Below, piece by piece: positions 29,714 to 39,800 of a DNA stretch of 64,000 bases. Under the pieces are notes generated by a model. That model did not search any database, was not told the origin of the DNA, and was given only the letters and a program-made list of their open reading frames with translations. The position numbers and the translations under genes are program-made. The stretch spans positions 18,294-82,293 of the forward strand of contig JBOGOC010000080.1 of NCBI GenBank assembly GCA_050747525.1. Direction: 5' to 3'. This DNA is from Candidatus Polarisedimenticolia bacterium. Its GTDB lineage: Bacteria; Acidobacteriota; Polarisedimenticolia; JACPZX01; DASXTC01. Position 1 is the first letter of the stretch. Every line of letters begins with the position of its first letter.

Positions 29714-30718
29714 GTGCGAACGGACGTCCAGATCGAGGAGGCGGCAGAGGCCGCGTACGTATCGACCGGCCACCTGCCTCCTCCCGATCTGGTTCAGTCC
29801 CTGGTGACGGAGGCGTACGAGCGCTTCAGGTCGGCCAGGGAAGGAGAGGCCTCGCGCGTCTACCCGGCGCTGGCGCGGGTGCCCGGCGAGCTGCTGGGCA
29901 TCTGCGTGGCCGGGAGCAACGGCGCCATCCACGCCGCCGGCGACGCGGACTACGAGTTCTCCGTCATGAGCGTGTCCAAGCCGTTCGTGTTCGCCCTGGT
30001 GTGCCAGGTGCTCGGGGCGGAGCAGGCCCGCGATCGTCTCGGGGTGAACAGCACGGGGCTGCCGTTCGATTCCCTCTACGCCGTCGAGCGCGCCGGGGAC
30101 GGCCGCACGAACCCCATGGTCAACCCCGGGGCCATCGCCACCACGAGCCTGGTGCCGGGAGCGACCAACGGCGCCAAGTGGCGGTTCATCCACGAGGGTC
30201 TGTCCCGGTTCGCGGGCCGGACCCTTTCGCTCAACGAAGAAGTGTACGACTCGGCGTCGGCCACCAATCACCGCAACCAGCGCATCGCGCGGCTGCTGCA
30301 GAGCTACGGCCGCATCGAGGTCGACCCCGGGCAGGTGGTCGACCTGTACACGCGGCAGTGCTCTCTCAACGTGAGCGCGAAGGACCTGGCGGTGATGGGC
30401 GCCACGCTGGCCGACGGGGGCGTGAACCCGCTCACCCGTGAGCGGGTGGTGGACGAGACGTCGTGCCACCACGCCCTGGCCGTGATGGCGACCGCGGGGC
30501 TGTACGAGACATCCGGTGATTGGCTGTACGACATCGGTCTGCCGGGCAAGAGCGGAATCGGCGGCGGGATCGTCGCCGTCTCACCGGGCAAGGGCGGCCT
30601 GGGGACGTTCGGCCCGCCGCTCGACGAAGCGGGAAACAGCGTCAAGGGACAGCTCGTCGCGCGGTTCCTGTCCCGGCGGCTGGGGCTCAGCCTGTTCGCC
30701 TCGAAGCCGGCGGAATGA
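29714..30718 (+). CDS. glsA: glutaminase A
   Basis: GTG start immediately after the pepA stop. FSVMSVSKPFVFALV (Ser-x-x-Lys), MVNPGAIATTSL and GLPGKSGIGGGIVAVSPGKGGLGTFGPPLD. Confidence 0.95.
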   Translation: MRTDVQIEEAAEAAYVSTGHLPPPDLVQSLVTEAYERFRSAREGEASRVYPALARVPGELLGICVAGSNGAIHAAGDADYEFSVMSVSKPFVFALVCQVLGAEQARDRLGVNSTGLPFDSLYAVERAGDGRTNPMVNPGAIATTSLVPGATNGAKWRFIHEGLSRFAGRTLSLNEEVYDSASATNHRNQRIARLLQSYGRIEVDPGQVVDLYTRQCSLNVSAKDLAVMGATLADGGVNPLTRERVVDETSCHHALAVMATAGLYETSGDWLYDIGLPGKSGIGGGIVAVSPGKGGLGTFGPPLDEAGNSVKGQLVARFLSRRLGLSLFASKPAE

Positions 30719-30728
30719 CCACGCCGCC

Positions 30729-32546
30729 ATGAGCGACATCGCCATCACGTTCTCCCTGATGGCCGTGGTGGTCGTGCTGTTCGTGTGGAACCGCGTGCCG
30801 GCGGTGATCGTGGCCATCGGCACCGCGGTGTCGCTCTATGCCGTGGGGATACTCGACCTGACGGAGTCCCTGGCCGGCCTGGGCGACCCGGCCGTGATCT
30901 TCATCGCCTCTCTGTTCGTGGTCAGCGCGGGGCTCGAGACCACCGGCGTCACGGCGTGGGCGGGGCGCATGGTGATCGCCTGGGCGGGAAAGAGCCACAC
31001 CTGGCTGCTGATCCTGGTCATGGTGCTGGTGGCGCTGCTCACGGCGCTGATCAGCATCAACGGCGCGGTGGCGGCGCTGCTGCCGATGGTCGTGGTGATG
31101 GCCATCCGGCTCAAGCGCTCCCCCTCGAAGCTGCTCATCCCGCTCGTGTTCGCGGCGCACGCCGGGTCGCTGCTCACGCTCACCGGCACCCCGGTCAACG
31201 TGCTCGTCTCGGATGCGGCGGCGGACGCAGGGCTGGGAGCCTTCGGGTACTTCGGGTTCACGGCCGTCGGCGTCCCCCTGCTGCTCGGGAGCATGGCGAT
31301 CATGCTGCTGGTCGGTCATCGCCTGCTGCCGGAGCGGAGCAGCCGGACCATCCCGCCCGATTTCAGCAAGCACGCCCGGACGCTCATCGAGCAGTACAGA
31401 ATCGATGACGGGGTGTTCCGGCTTCGAGTGCGGCCCCATTCGCCGTTCGTCGGGATGGCCCCGGCCGGCGTGGATCTGAGGGACTATCCGGACCTGACGC
31501 TGGTCACCATCCAGTCCGGAGAGGGGGGCGCGCTCGGGCGGCTCGCGATCTCAGAGGGGGACATCCTGATCGTGCGGGGCGAGGCCAGGGCCGCCGCGAG
31601 CTTCGCCGCCGACAAGCATCTGGCCTTCCGCTCGGAGGTTGCTTCCACCGACGTCGCCGACGCGCTGTTCACCGCGCGGTCCGGACTGGGCGAGCTGATG
31701 ATTCCCCCGCGATCGGGGATGATCGGCACGCCGGTGTTCCCGGGGATGGTGACCCCCGGCGGCGACCTGGTCGTGCTGGCCGTGCAGCGCAGGGGCGAGG
31801 AGCAGCCGCACGAGACCCTGCTCGAGGCCGGCGACACGCTGCTGATCCAGGGGACCTGGGAAGCCCTGGACGAGCGGCTCGACGACCCCGATGTCCTCCT
31901 CGTGGATTCGCCGGAAGTGGTCCGGCGCCAGGCGGCCCCCATGGGGACGGGGGCGAAGCTGGCCATCGCGGTGGTCACCGCGATGGTGGTGCTCATCGCC
32001 ACCAACCTGATGCCCGCGGTCGTCGCAGGGCTGGGCGCCGCGTGCCTCATGGTCCTACTGGGCGCGCTCACGGTCACGCAGGCCTACCGCTCCATCAACT
32101 GGACGACCGTCATCCTGGTCGGCGCCATGATGCCGTTGTCGACCGCCATCTCCCGGACGGGCGCGGGGGACCTGCTCGCCGCGACGCTTGTCCGCCTGGT
32201 GGGCGACGCGGGGCCCTATGCGCTGGTCGCCGGGCTGTTCGTGCTCACGGCCATCCTCGGCCAGATGATCAGCAACACGGCCACCGCCCTCATCATCATC
32301 CCCATCGCCATCGCTTCGGCGACCGGGATGGGCGTGTCTCCGCGGCCGGTCCTGATGAGCGTGGCCGTGGCCGCGGCGGCCTCGTTCCTCACGCCCATCG
32401 CGACACCGGTCAACCTGATGGTGATGGGGCCGGGCGGCTACAGCTTCGGGGACTACTGGAAGCTGGGGCTCCCGTTGTTGCTCTGGTTCTTCGTGGTGGC
32501 GACGTTCTTCGTGCCGATCGTCTGGCCGTTCACCGTTGCCGGCTGA
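30729..32546 (+). CDS. SLC13/DASS-family permease with two central TrkA-C (RCK-C) domains
   Basis: Internal ATG gives MSDIAITFSLMAVVVVLFVWNRVPAVIVAIGTAVSL. The membrane halves flank two soluble repeats (FRLRVRPHSPFVGMAP...; GELMIPPRSGMIGTPVF...). Confidence 0.9.
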   Translation: MSDIAITFSLMAVVVVLFVWNRVPAVIVAIGTAVSLYAVGILDLTESLAGLGDPAVIFIASLFVVSAGLETTGVTAWAGRMVIAWAGKSHTWLLILVMVLVALLTALISINGAVAALLPMVVVMAIRLKRSPSKLLIPLVFAAHAGSLLTLTGTPVNVLVSDAAADAGLGAFGYFGFTAVGVPLLLGSMAIMLLVGHRLLPERSSRTIPPDFSKHARTLIEQYRIDDGVFRLRVRPHSPFVGMAPAGVDLRDYPDLTLVTIQSGEGGALGRLAISEGDILIVRGEARAAASFAADKHLAFRSEVASTDVADALFTARSGLGELMIPPRSGMIGTPVFPGMVTPGGDLVVLAVQRRGEEQPHETLLEAGDTLLIQGTWEALDERLDDPDVLLVDSPEVVRRQAAPMGTGAKLAIAVVTAMVVLIATNLMPAVVAGLGAACLMVLLGALTVTQAYRSINWTTVILVGAMMPLSTAISRTGAGDLLAATLVRLVGDAGPYALVAGLFVLTAILGQMISNTATALIIIPIAIASATGMGVSPRPVLMSVAVAAAASFLTPIATPVNLMVMGPGGYSFGDYWKLGLPLLLWFFVVATFFVPIVWPFTVAG

Positions 32547-32548
32547 GA

Positions 32549-33858
32549 TCAGCTCAACGCGTACACGTTCCCGTCCATGCTGCCGACGAAGACCACGCCT
32601 CCGGCCACCGCGGGAGACGACATGATGGCGCCCACCGACCGGAACCTGAAGAAGTCGATGTACATGTCCTGGTAGTCGCCGAAGGTCGGGTGAAGGCCTC
32701 GCGGTTCAGCTTGCCGTCGGGCGTGAGCATCTTGAGGGGATCGGCCTTGGCCCCTTCGGTCTGGAAGCGCGAGAGCACGTCGCCCGTCTTCGCGTCGATG
32801 GCGAACAGCGTCCCGCCGTGGGTCCCGATGTAGAGGGCGTTGCCGGCCAGCGCCGGCGACGAGAAGACGAAGGCCCCGGCGTCCACGTTGAACTTGAGCC
32901 GGCCGGTCTTCGCGTCGAGGCCCATCACGCGCGAGCTGTCCGAGGTGGCCGCGTAGACCGTGCCGTCACGCACGGCCGGGGTGACGTTCACCCACGACTT
33001 GCTGGTCGGGTAGTCCCAGCGCTTGCGGCCGGTGGCGGCGTCCAGGGCGTACACGTGGGCGTCGCGGCAGCCGACGTACACCGTGCCGTCCGCCACGGCC
33101 GCGGATGACTGGAACCCGACCTGATTGTGGATGGCCGCGTCCTCACCGGCCTGGAACGACCACTTCAGCTGGCCGGTCTCGGCGTCGAGGGCGTAGAAGC
33201 GGCTGTCCCAGCTGCCGATGTAGACGATGCCGTTGACCACCGACGGCGACGCGTGCACGACGTCCTGGGTGGGGAACTTCCACAGCAGCATGCCGTTGCG
33301 CGCGTCCACGGCGTAGACGTTGCCGTCGCCACTGCCGAAGAAGACCTTCCCCCCCTCCACGGCGGGCGAGGACGTGTACATGTCCCAGGCGTCCGGGATG
33401 GTCTGCGCGGCGTTGTACCCGTTGAGCCCCTTGGCCTCGAATCGCTTCTCGTGCTCGATGGCGTAGACCCACTTCGGCTTGCCGGTCGCCACGTCCAGGG
33501 CGGCCAGCGACCCCGCCGAGGAAACGAAGTAGAGCGTGTCCCCGTCGACGGCGGGGGACGACGCGATGGGCATGCGCGACTTGAAGTTCCATCTCTCCTT
33601 GCCGGTCTCCTGGTCCAGCGCATACAGATGACCGCTCAGGCTGGCGATGTAGACCACGCCATCCACCACGGCCGGCGAAGTGACCACCGGGCCCGCCGCC
33701 TTGAAGGTCCACTTCACCCGGCTCAGGTCTCTGGGGCCGGAGCCGGCGTACACGCCCGTGCGCGCGTTGTTGCCATGGAAGGTGTGCTGGGCGTGAAGGG
33801 GAGTGGCCAGGGCGGACAGCAACAGGAACACGAACGGCCAAGCAAGGGCTCGCTTCAT
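32549..33858 (-). pseudogene. PQQ-like beta-propeller repeat protein (BamB-like fold) with an apparent 1-nt frameshift near the 3' end
   Basis: Signal peptide MKRALAWPFVFLLLSALATPLHA, then repeated blades (SSPAV.DG.VY.GS.DG.LYALD..TG...W). After ...KLNREAFT the ORF frame becomes junk (RPSATTRTCTSTSSGSGRW...). Another frame encodes a perfect last blade, FGDYQDMYIDFFRFRSVGAIMSSPAVAGGVVFVGSMDGNVYALS, ending at 32549. Confidence 0.8.
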
Positions 33859-34138
33859 CTCACGGCCTCCTGGACGGGGAGGGGTGGAGCGGTTTTCGGG
33901 CCGGCCGGTGTTGGGGGGTATACGAAAACAGAGGGGGGGTGGCTCAAAAACTTACTTTGCCGCGTCAGATCCGCCGTCCTCGTGCGACTTAGGGATGAGG
34001 CTTCAATGGCCTCGCTCCGCGGCGGCGCTTCACCGGGCAGGGGTTGGCGCCGCCGCGCGCAGCCTGACCAGACACGCCACCATGACCGCGGCGCCGATGA
34101 CGAAGGAAGAGGGCAGTCGGTTGGCCGGTTTGTCCGTC

Positions 34139-35611
34139 TCAAGGATAGGTGCGCTGCGTGAGGAGCCGCCCCTCGGAGTCGAACAGGCCGACCCAGCCAT
34201 CGCGATGGAGGTCCTCGGCTTCCCGGTATCCGGCCAGGACGAGATGCCCCTCGCGGGTGGCGGCAAGGGCCAGCGGGCGGCCATGCGTCCTGGCTTCGTA
34301 CGTCTTCTCCCAGACCGTGTTCCCGCCGGCGTCGAGCTCGAGGAGCCAGAGCTCGTCGTGCGGGTGAGCGAAGCGGTAGCCGGCGACGAACACCCGTGAG
34401 CCCGCCACGGCCAGTCCGCCCGACGCCTCGCCGCGCGCACCGCCGAATGTCCGCTCCTCGAGAAGAGTTCCGTCCGCCGAGATGCGCGCCAGCCAGAGAT
34501 CGGACAGACGTTCGGGCGCCTCTCCGGTCGTCCCCAGAGCCAGGAAGGCGTCCGGCGCCAGCACCGCCAGGTCGTGCGTTGCGGGCGAGAAGCGAGACTC
34601 GCCCAGTGTCTTCGTCCAGGATCCCTTGCCATCGGTCGTCCCTCCAGCGAGCACCGTCATGGAGCCCGGCATGGCGAGCGGGTCGTCGGAGCCGGCCGCG
34701 AGATAGCTGTGTCCGTCGGTCGCCATGGCCACGAGCCTCCCCTTCATGGGTGGAGACACGGACCAGGTCTCCGAGCCGGAGACATCCACGCTCGCGATGA
34801 AGACCTCGCCGTCTCTTTCTCCGGCCACCAGGCTCGTCCCGCCGTTCAACGGCGCGAGCGCGTAGACGCCGCCGGGCCACGGCCAGGCCGTGCGCGCCGT
34901 CGGGTCTCCGGTCCTGGTGAAGCGAAGCCACACCGGACGTTCATCGTCCTGGCCTCCGGCCACCAGGTCGTCGCCGGCTGCGGCAAGGGCATGGAGGGTC
35001 TGGCGATGCAGCAGGGGAGGCGCGTACGCCCGCCGGACCTCCAGCGATCGGTCCAGCATCAACATCCACGCGTCGTCATCCTGCGCGGGAGGCGTGCTCG
35101 TCTCCCCGGCCACGACGATGCCATCCGCCGCGACGATCGCACGGAAGTCATCCTGGTGGCTCCGGCCGCGGGCCAACTCGGCCTCATGCCGCCGCTGCCT
35201 CCGCGCCTGCTCCGCCCGGACTCCCAGGCCCGAGGCGACGAGCAGCAGCACCGACCCCACGAGCGACGCCAGAGCGATGCGGAGGATGCGGGGGCCGCCG
35301 AGGGACGCATGCCCGCGCCGCCGATTGCCCCGACGGACATACGAAACGGTCGCCAGGCTGACGAGAGCGGGCAGACACGATTCGATCAGAACATGGAGAG
35401 AAGGTGGCGGAAGAAACGTGATCAGGCAGATCAGGCCGGGGACCACGAGAATCCACGCGAGCCTCTCGGCCGCCGTCCCCGGCCGGCCGGCACGCCACGA
35501 GACATGCGCGCTTCGAATGGCCAGGATCGACGCCAGGCACGAGATGGCGAGGACCGCCCGGCAGACCCGGAGCATCCAGACGAGGAGCACGAGGCCCGGA
35601 AGCGGAATCAT
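34139..35611 (-). CDS. membrane protein with N-terminal TM helices and C-terminal repeat (propeller-like) domain
   Basis: 490 aa. TM segments (LPGLVLLVWML..., LAWILVVPGLICLITFL, ILRIALASLVGSVLLLVASGL), then repeated units of ...G...VAG......W.. I recognise no family. Confidence 0.7.
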   Translation of the reverse strand: MIPLPGLVLLVWMLRVCRAVLAISCLASILAIRSAHVSWRAGRPGTAAERLAWILVVPGLICLITFLPPPSLHVLIESCLPALVSLATVSYVRRGNRRRGHASLGGPRILRIALASLVGSVLLLVASGLGVRAEQARRQRRHEAELARGRSHQDDFRAIVAADGIVVAGETSTPPAQDDDAWMLMLDRSLEVRRAYAPPLLHRQTLHALAAAGDDLVAGGQDDERPVWLRFTRTGDPTARTAWPWPGGVYALAPLNGGTSLVAGERDGEVFIASVDVSGSETWSVSPPMKGRLVAMATDGHSYLAAGSDDPLAMPGSMTVLAGGTTDGKGSWTKTLGESRFSPATHDLAVLAPDAFLALGTTGEAPERLSDLWLARISADGTLLEERTFGGARGEASGGLAVAGSRVFVAGYRFAHPHDELWLLELDAGGNTVWEKTYEARTHGRPLALAATREGHLVLAGYREAEDLHRDGWVGLFDSEGRLLTQRTYP

Positions 35612-35664
35612 CTCGGGGCATCACACCATCTTCAGGGCCGCCGGACAAGCCCCGCTTCACCGCC

Positions 35665-36804
35665 TCAGGGCCCCCCGATCACCGTCCCCGTGAACCCGCC
35701 ATCCTCGAGGATCTCCACGGCAGGTCCCGATACGGAGATATCGACGTCGTTCAGGACGACGGTCATGTCCACGAGGATGGCCGCCACCCACAGGCCTCCG
35801 CCGCTCCCCGTGATCTCGCCTCCATCTATCCTGAAGGAGCCATCGGCCACACCCACCAGCGCCAGCCCGAAGTAGTCGTTGTCGACCATCACGTTGTGGG
35901 CGATCTTGTCGACCTCCGAGAGAAACAGCCCGATCTGGTTCCCGATGAGGCGATTGTGCGAGATGAATGTCCCCGGGCCGCTCCCGCCGGCGCCGACCCC
36001 CGCATGCTGAAACTGGGTGAAGAAGTCCGGCCCGCAGTTCTCCGGCATGTCGGGGGGGCAGATGTTCCCGCTGATGGTGTTGTCCACGACCGTGCCGACG
36101 GCGCCGGCCACCAGCTCGATTCCATCGGTGGGTACGCCGCCCGCGTGCCCAGGTCCTGCCACGGTGTTGTGGGCGATGCTCGCCCACGAACCCTCGCCCA
36201 GGACGATGATGCCGACCGACTGATAGCTGGTCACCTCCGAATGATGGATGTTGATGCTGGCCGGCGGGCGGCCTGGCGTCGACTCGCCCACGGAGATGGC
36301 GGTGCCGCTTCGTGGGCATAGCGCCATGGGCGTGTTCTGGATGTCCCTGACGGCCGAGAAGCCGAAGTCGAGATGGGCCTGGGAGTGCACGCGGATGCCC
36401 CATCTCAGGACGCCGCTCTCTCCGCAAGCGGCGGCCCCCGGCCCGCGGACGGTCAGCTGCGACATCGAGACCCTGGCGCCACCGTGGACCTCGACGATGG
36501 ACGGCGAGCCAAGATGATTCGGGACGAGTGTCTCGGGCGCGCGGATGATCGTGGCGTCCATCCCGGCTCCGACGATGAACAGATCCTTCCCGATGAAGAG
36601 CTGCTCGGTGTAGGTGCCTGGAAGCACCTGCACGGTGCGCCCCGGTCTGGCCGCATCGATGGCTGCCTGGATCGTCGGGTAGTCGGTCGGGACCACGAGC
36701 GTCGATCCTTTGGCGACAGGCCCGGCGGATGCGTCTTGCGAAACGGCGGACACGGCCATCGCGAGAGTGGCGACGGCGACGAACCTGAGCAGGTCGTGGA
36801 GCAC
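35665..36804 (-). CDS. secreted right-handed parallel beta-helix repeat protein (NosD/pectin-lyase-fold-like)
   Basis: Signal-like N-terminus, then TLVVPTDYPTIQAAIDAARPGRTVQVLPGTYTEQLFIGKDLFIVGAG, the typical beta-helix cap, then repeated ...N.I.GN... turns. It starts 9 nt after the upstream stop. Confidence 0.85.
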   Translation of the reverse strand: MLHDLLRFVAVATLAMAVSAVSQDASAGPVAKGSTLVVPTDYPTIQAAIDAARPGRTVQVLPGTYTEQLFIGKDLFIVGAGMDATIIRAPETLVPNHLGSPSIVEVHGGARVSMSQLTVRGPGAAACGESGVLRWGIRVHSQAHLDFGFSAVRDIQNTPMALCPRSGTAISVGESTPGRPPASINIHHSEVTSYQSVGIIVLGEGSWASIAHNTVAGPGHAGGVPTDGIELVAGAVGTVVDNTISGNICPPDMPENCGPDFFTQFQHAGVGAGGSGPGTFISHNRLIGNQIGLFLSEVDKIAHNVMVDNDYFGLALVGVADGSFRIDGGEITGSGGGLWVAAILVDMTVVLNDVDISVSGPAVEILEDGGFTGTVIGGP

Positions 36805-36813
36805 GGTTTCACC

Positions 36814-39800
36814 TCACGGGAGAAGGCATGGCGAGACGTTCGGGATGATCGAGTCGTTTCCGTCGCGGCCGACGGGGCCTTCACCGCACCCTTCGACGCC
36901 CGAGACGAGGTAGTAGAACGCGGTTCCAAGAGGCGGCACCTGGGCGTCGGTGGAAACCAGGGCACCGTCACCGAAGGAATCGGCCGACTCGAAGCAGGTC
37001 TGATCGTAGAGCGGTCCGGGCACGGCGCGGCTGCCGAGCAGGTTGGGCGGTATCGTGCCGCGGTAGGTGTTCCAGAAAATCACTGGAGGAGCCGGCGACC
37101 AGGTCATCGACGTGCTGCCGGTGAACTCGAAACCGGTGGCGTCGCCGATGGCGACGGACAGATGCCCGCACCCCCCTGTGGCCGGATCGCAGGAGTCGGT
37201 GGTGCAGGCGTTGTCGTCATCGCACGTGTTCAGCTGGCCGGCGCAGACGGGATTGCCCCCCGCATCGGGGACGCAGGTGTCGCCGAGGGTGCAGGCGTTG
37301 CCGTCGTCGCAGGTCCCGCCGCCTCCCGGCCCCCCCGCTACGGAGACGCAGGCTCCCTCGGTGTCGCAGAAGTCCAGCGTGCAGGCATTGCCGTCATCGC
37401 ACTGGATCGGCGCCATCTGGCAGGCTCCGGTCGCCGGGTCGCAGGCGTCATCCGTGCACGGGTCGCCGTCGTCGCACGCCGGAGTGATCACGCAGGCGGG
37501 AGCCCCGCTCACCGTATCGAGGATACAGGTGCCCTCGCCGGTGCAGAGGTCACCGTCGTCGCACGGCTGGCCGGTGAGCGACAGGAAGAGGCAGCCGCCG
37601 GTGTCCGGGTTGCAGAGGTCTGCCGTGCATGGATTGGCGTCATCGCAGGTGACGGGCGACGACACGCAGGCGCCGATCGCCGGATCGCAGACGTCATCCG
37701 TGCAGGACAGGCCGTCGTTGCAGACGATGGGCGTGCCGCACGTGCCGGCGTTGCATAGCCCGCCGAGCGTGCAGGCGTTCTGATCGTCGCACGGGATGCC
37801 GTCCGGCTCGGGGATGTGCTGGCACTGGCCGCCGCCGGCTGCCGGACATGTGTCCTGCGTGCATGGGTTGCCGTCCGCGCAGTCGGCATCGGTGAAGCAG
37901 ACGTCCGCCGGCAGGGCCGCCATGCCGACGCCGGGATCGTCCAGACAGACGGTGATCTCGGAAGCCAGACCCATGATGAGGGAGTCTCCCTCCTGCCGCA
38001 CGTCGCGCGGGTTGTGACCCGGCGGACATTGCGGGGACATGGGGAGGATCTCGGGGGCCTGGAAGGCCGCCGAGATCGCGTTCGCGATGTCCATGGACGA
38101 CTGCCCCATGCCGGTCGGCACGGTGATGGCGCATTCGCCAAGGTTCGAGTGCGTCTTCACGGTCATGGTGCCCCCCTGGGCGCCCGAGGGAGCTGTCCTG
38201 ATCCGGACGCGCATGAGCCGTAGCTGGTCGCTCACCGGAGTGCCCAGGTTGCCGAGGCCGAAGCAGATGCCGTCCGCCTGGCCGGCCGGGGCGTCGATCG
38301 AGCCGACGAGCTGGCTGCCGGCGAGGCCGGAGGCCGAGAGCCACAGCGTGCCGGCCATGAGATAGGGATCCTCCCCTTCGACCTGGACCGGCGGCACGAA
38401 CTGGGCACTGACGCCGGACGTCTGGCACGCGGGGCTGGCGTTCACGGCATCGCGGGCGGCCGTCAGAACGCCTGACGGGGTGTCTTCCGCAAGGTAGGGC
38501 ACGCTCACCGAGCAGAGCACGCGCGAGGTGCCGTCTCCGGACTGAACCGTCGGCGCGAAGTCGAACGAGCCCCCGCCGGTGAGCGCCGATTCGAGCCTGG
38601 CCAGCGAGTCGGCGTCGGGCTCCCCGCACATGCCGAGGGTGACGGCCTGCGACGGAAACTGCAGCCCTGTCAGCGTCAGCTTGCCGCTGGGCGGATTGAT
38701 GAGGGCCGGACAGCCGTTGATCTGGTCGAGCCCGACCTGGTTGCCGCACGTCACGACGACGGCGGCGAGGCGGTCCGTGGGCCGGTTGCAGTCATTGAGT
38801 GTCGTGCCGCCCGCGCACTTGCCCGCGTGGCACCCCAGGGCCACCGGCTTGCCGTCGTAGAAGGCGCCCTTGCTGGTGACCAGCGTTCCGTCACGGTCGG
38901 TCTTCAGGAGGCCGCCATCGGCGTCATGGGTATAGGGCCCGTTGCCGCACACCGTCCCAAACTCACGCAGGAGCTTCATCGTGCAGGCGACGGTGGGAGG
39001 GAAGCCCGTCCCGAAGATCGGCAGATCGTAGCCGTAGATCACCTGGCAGTCGTTGAAGTTGCCCAGCCTCGGGCCGGTCAGCATGTACGCGCCGCGCCCG
39101 TGCGTCCCGGCCACGATGCGATTGTGCGTCTCGTCGATCGAAACCTGGTACACGGGGACCTGGGGCAGGCCGTTGCCGTATCGGGACCAGCTCAGTCCGC
39201 CGTTCGGGCTGCGGTAGACCCCCTTGTCGGTCCCCAGCCAGAGCACGCGCGGCTGGCTCGGGCCGTGGGGTTCGACGGCGATGGTGTTGGCGGGGACGCC
39301 GTTGAGCTCCTTGATCGAGCTGGTCGGCAGCCACTTGACCAGCATCGCGTTGTATTGGAAGACGTGGCTGCCCGGGAAGAACCCGGACAGCGTCGCCCAC
39401 ACAAGGTCCTTGTTCACGGGGTCCACGGCCAGCCAGGTGACCGGCGCCGCCGGAAGCCCGAAGTCGATCTGGGACCAGCAGGAGGACAGGCCGCAGGCCG
39501 AATCGGTGACCCACACCCGGCCGCTGTAGCACCCGACGTAGATACGCTCCGGGTCGCCTGGGGCCACGGCGATGGCCGAGACGACGTCCCGGTTGGCGGC
39601 GATCTCGGGCTCGGGCCCGAGATCGGAGCACAGCTCGGGACTCACCGGCGTCCAGCTAGCTGCGTCGTCGTCGCTTCTCCACAGGCTGTGCGTGCCGTAG
39701 TAGAGGGCGTGCTGGGGCGGCATCTGGCCCGCCGTGGGGGCCGGCGACTGGACCAGCGGGGGATAGTAGATCGAGGACGGCTCGTGGGTCATGAAGAACG

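Noticed and set aside
27920-30472. 850-aa minus-strand ORF
   Set aside because: It is antisense to pepA and glsA, which carry diagnostic active-site motifs (NTDAEGRL, SxxK).
33859-34138. A 280-bp intergenic region upstream of the PQQ gene, considered as a possible sRNA, riboswitch or small ORF (MVACLVRLRAAAPTPAR)
   Set aside because: It contains only short imperfect hairpins and C-rich tracts. The TTGAGC...TATACC promoter-like pair has a 19-nt spacer. The 17-aa ORF has no RBS. I could support no specific element.
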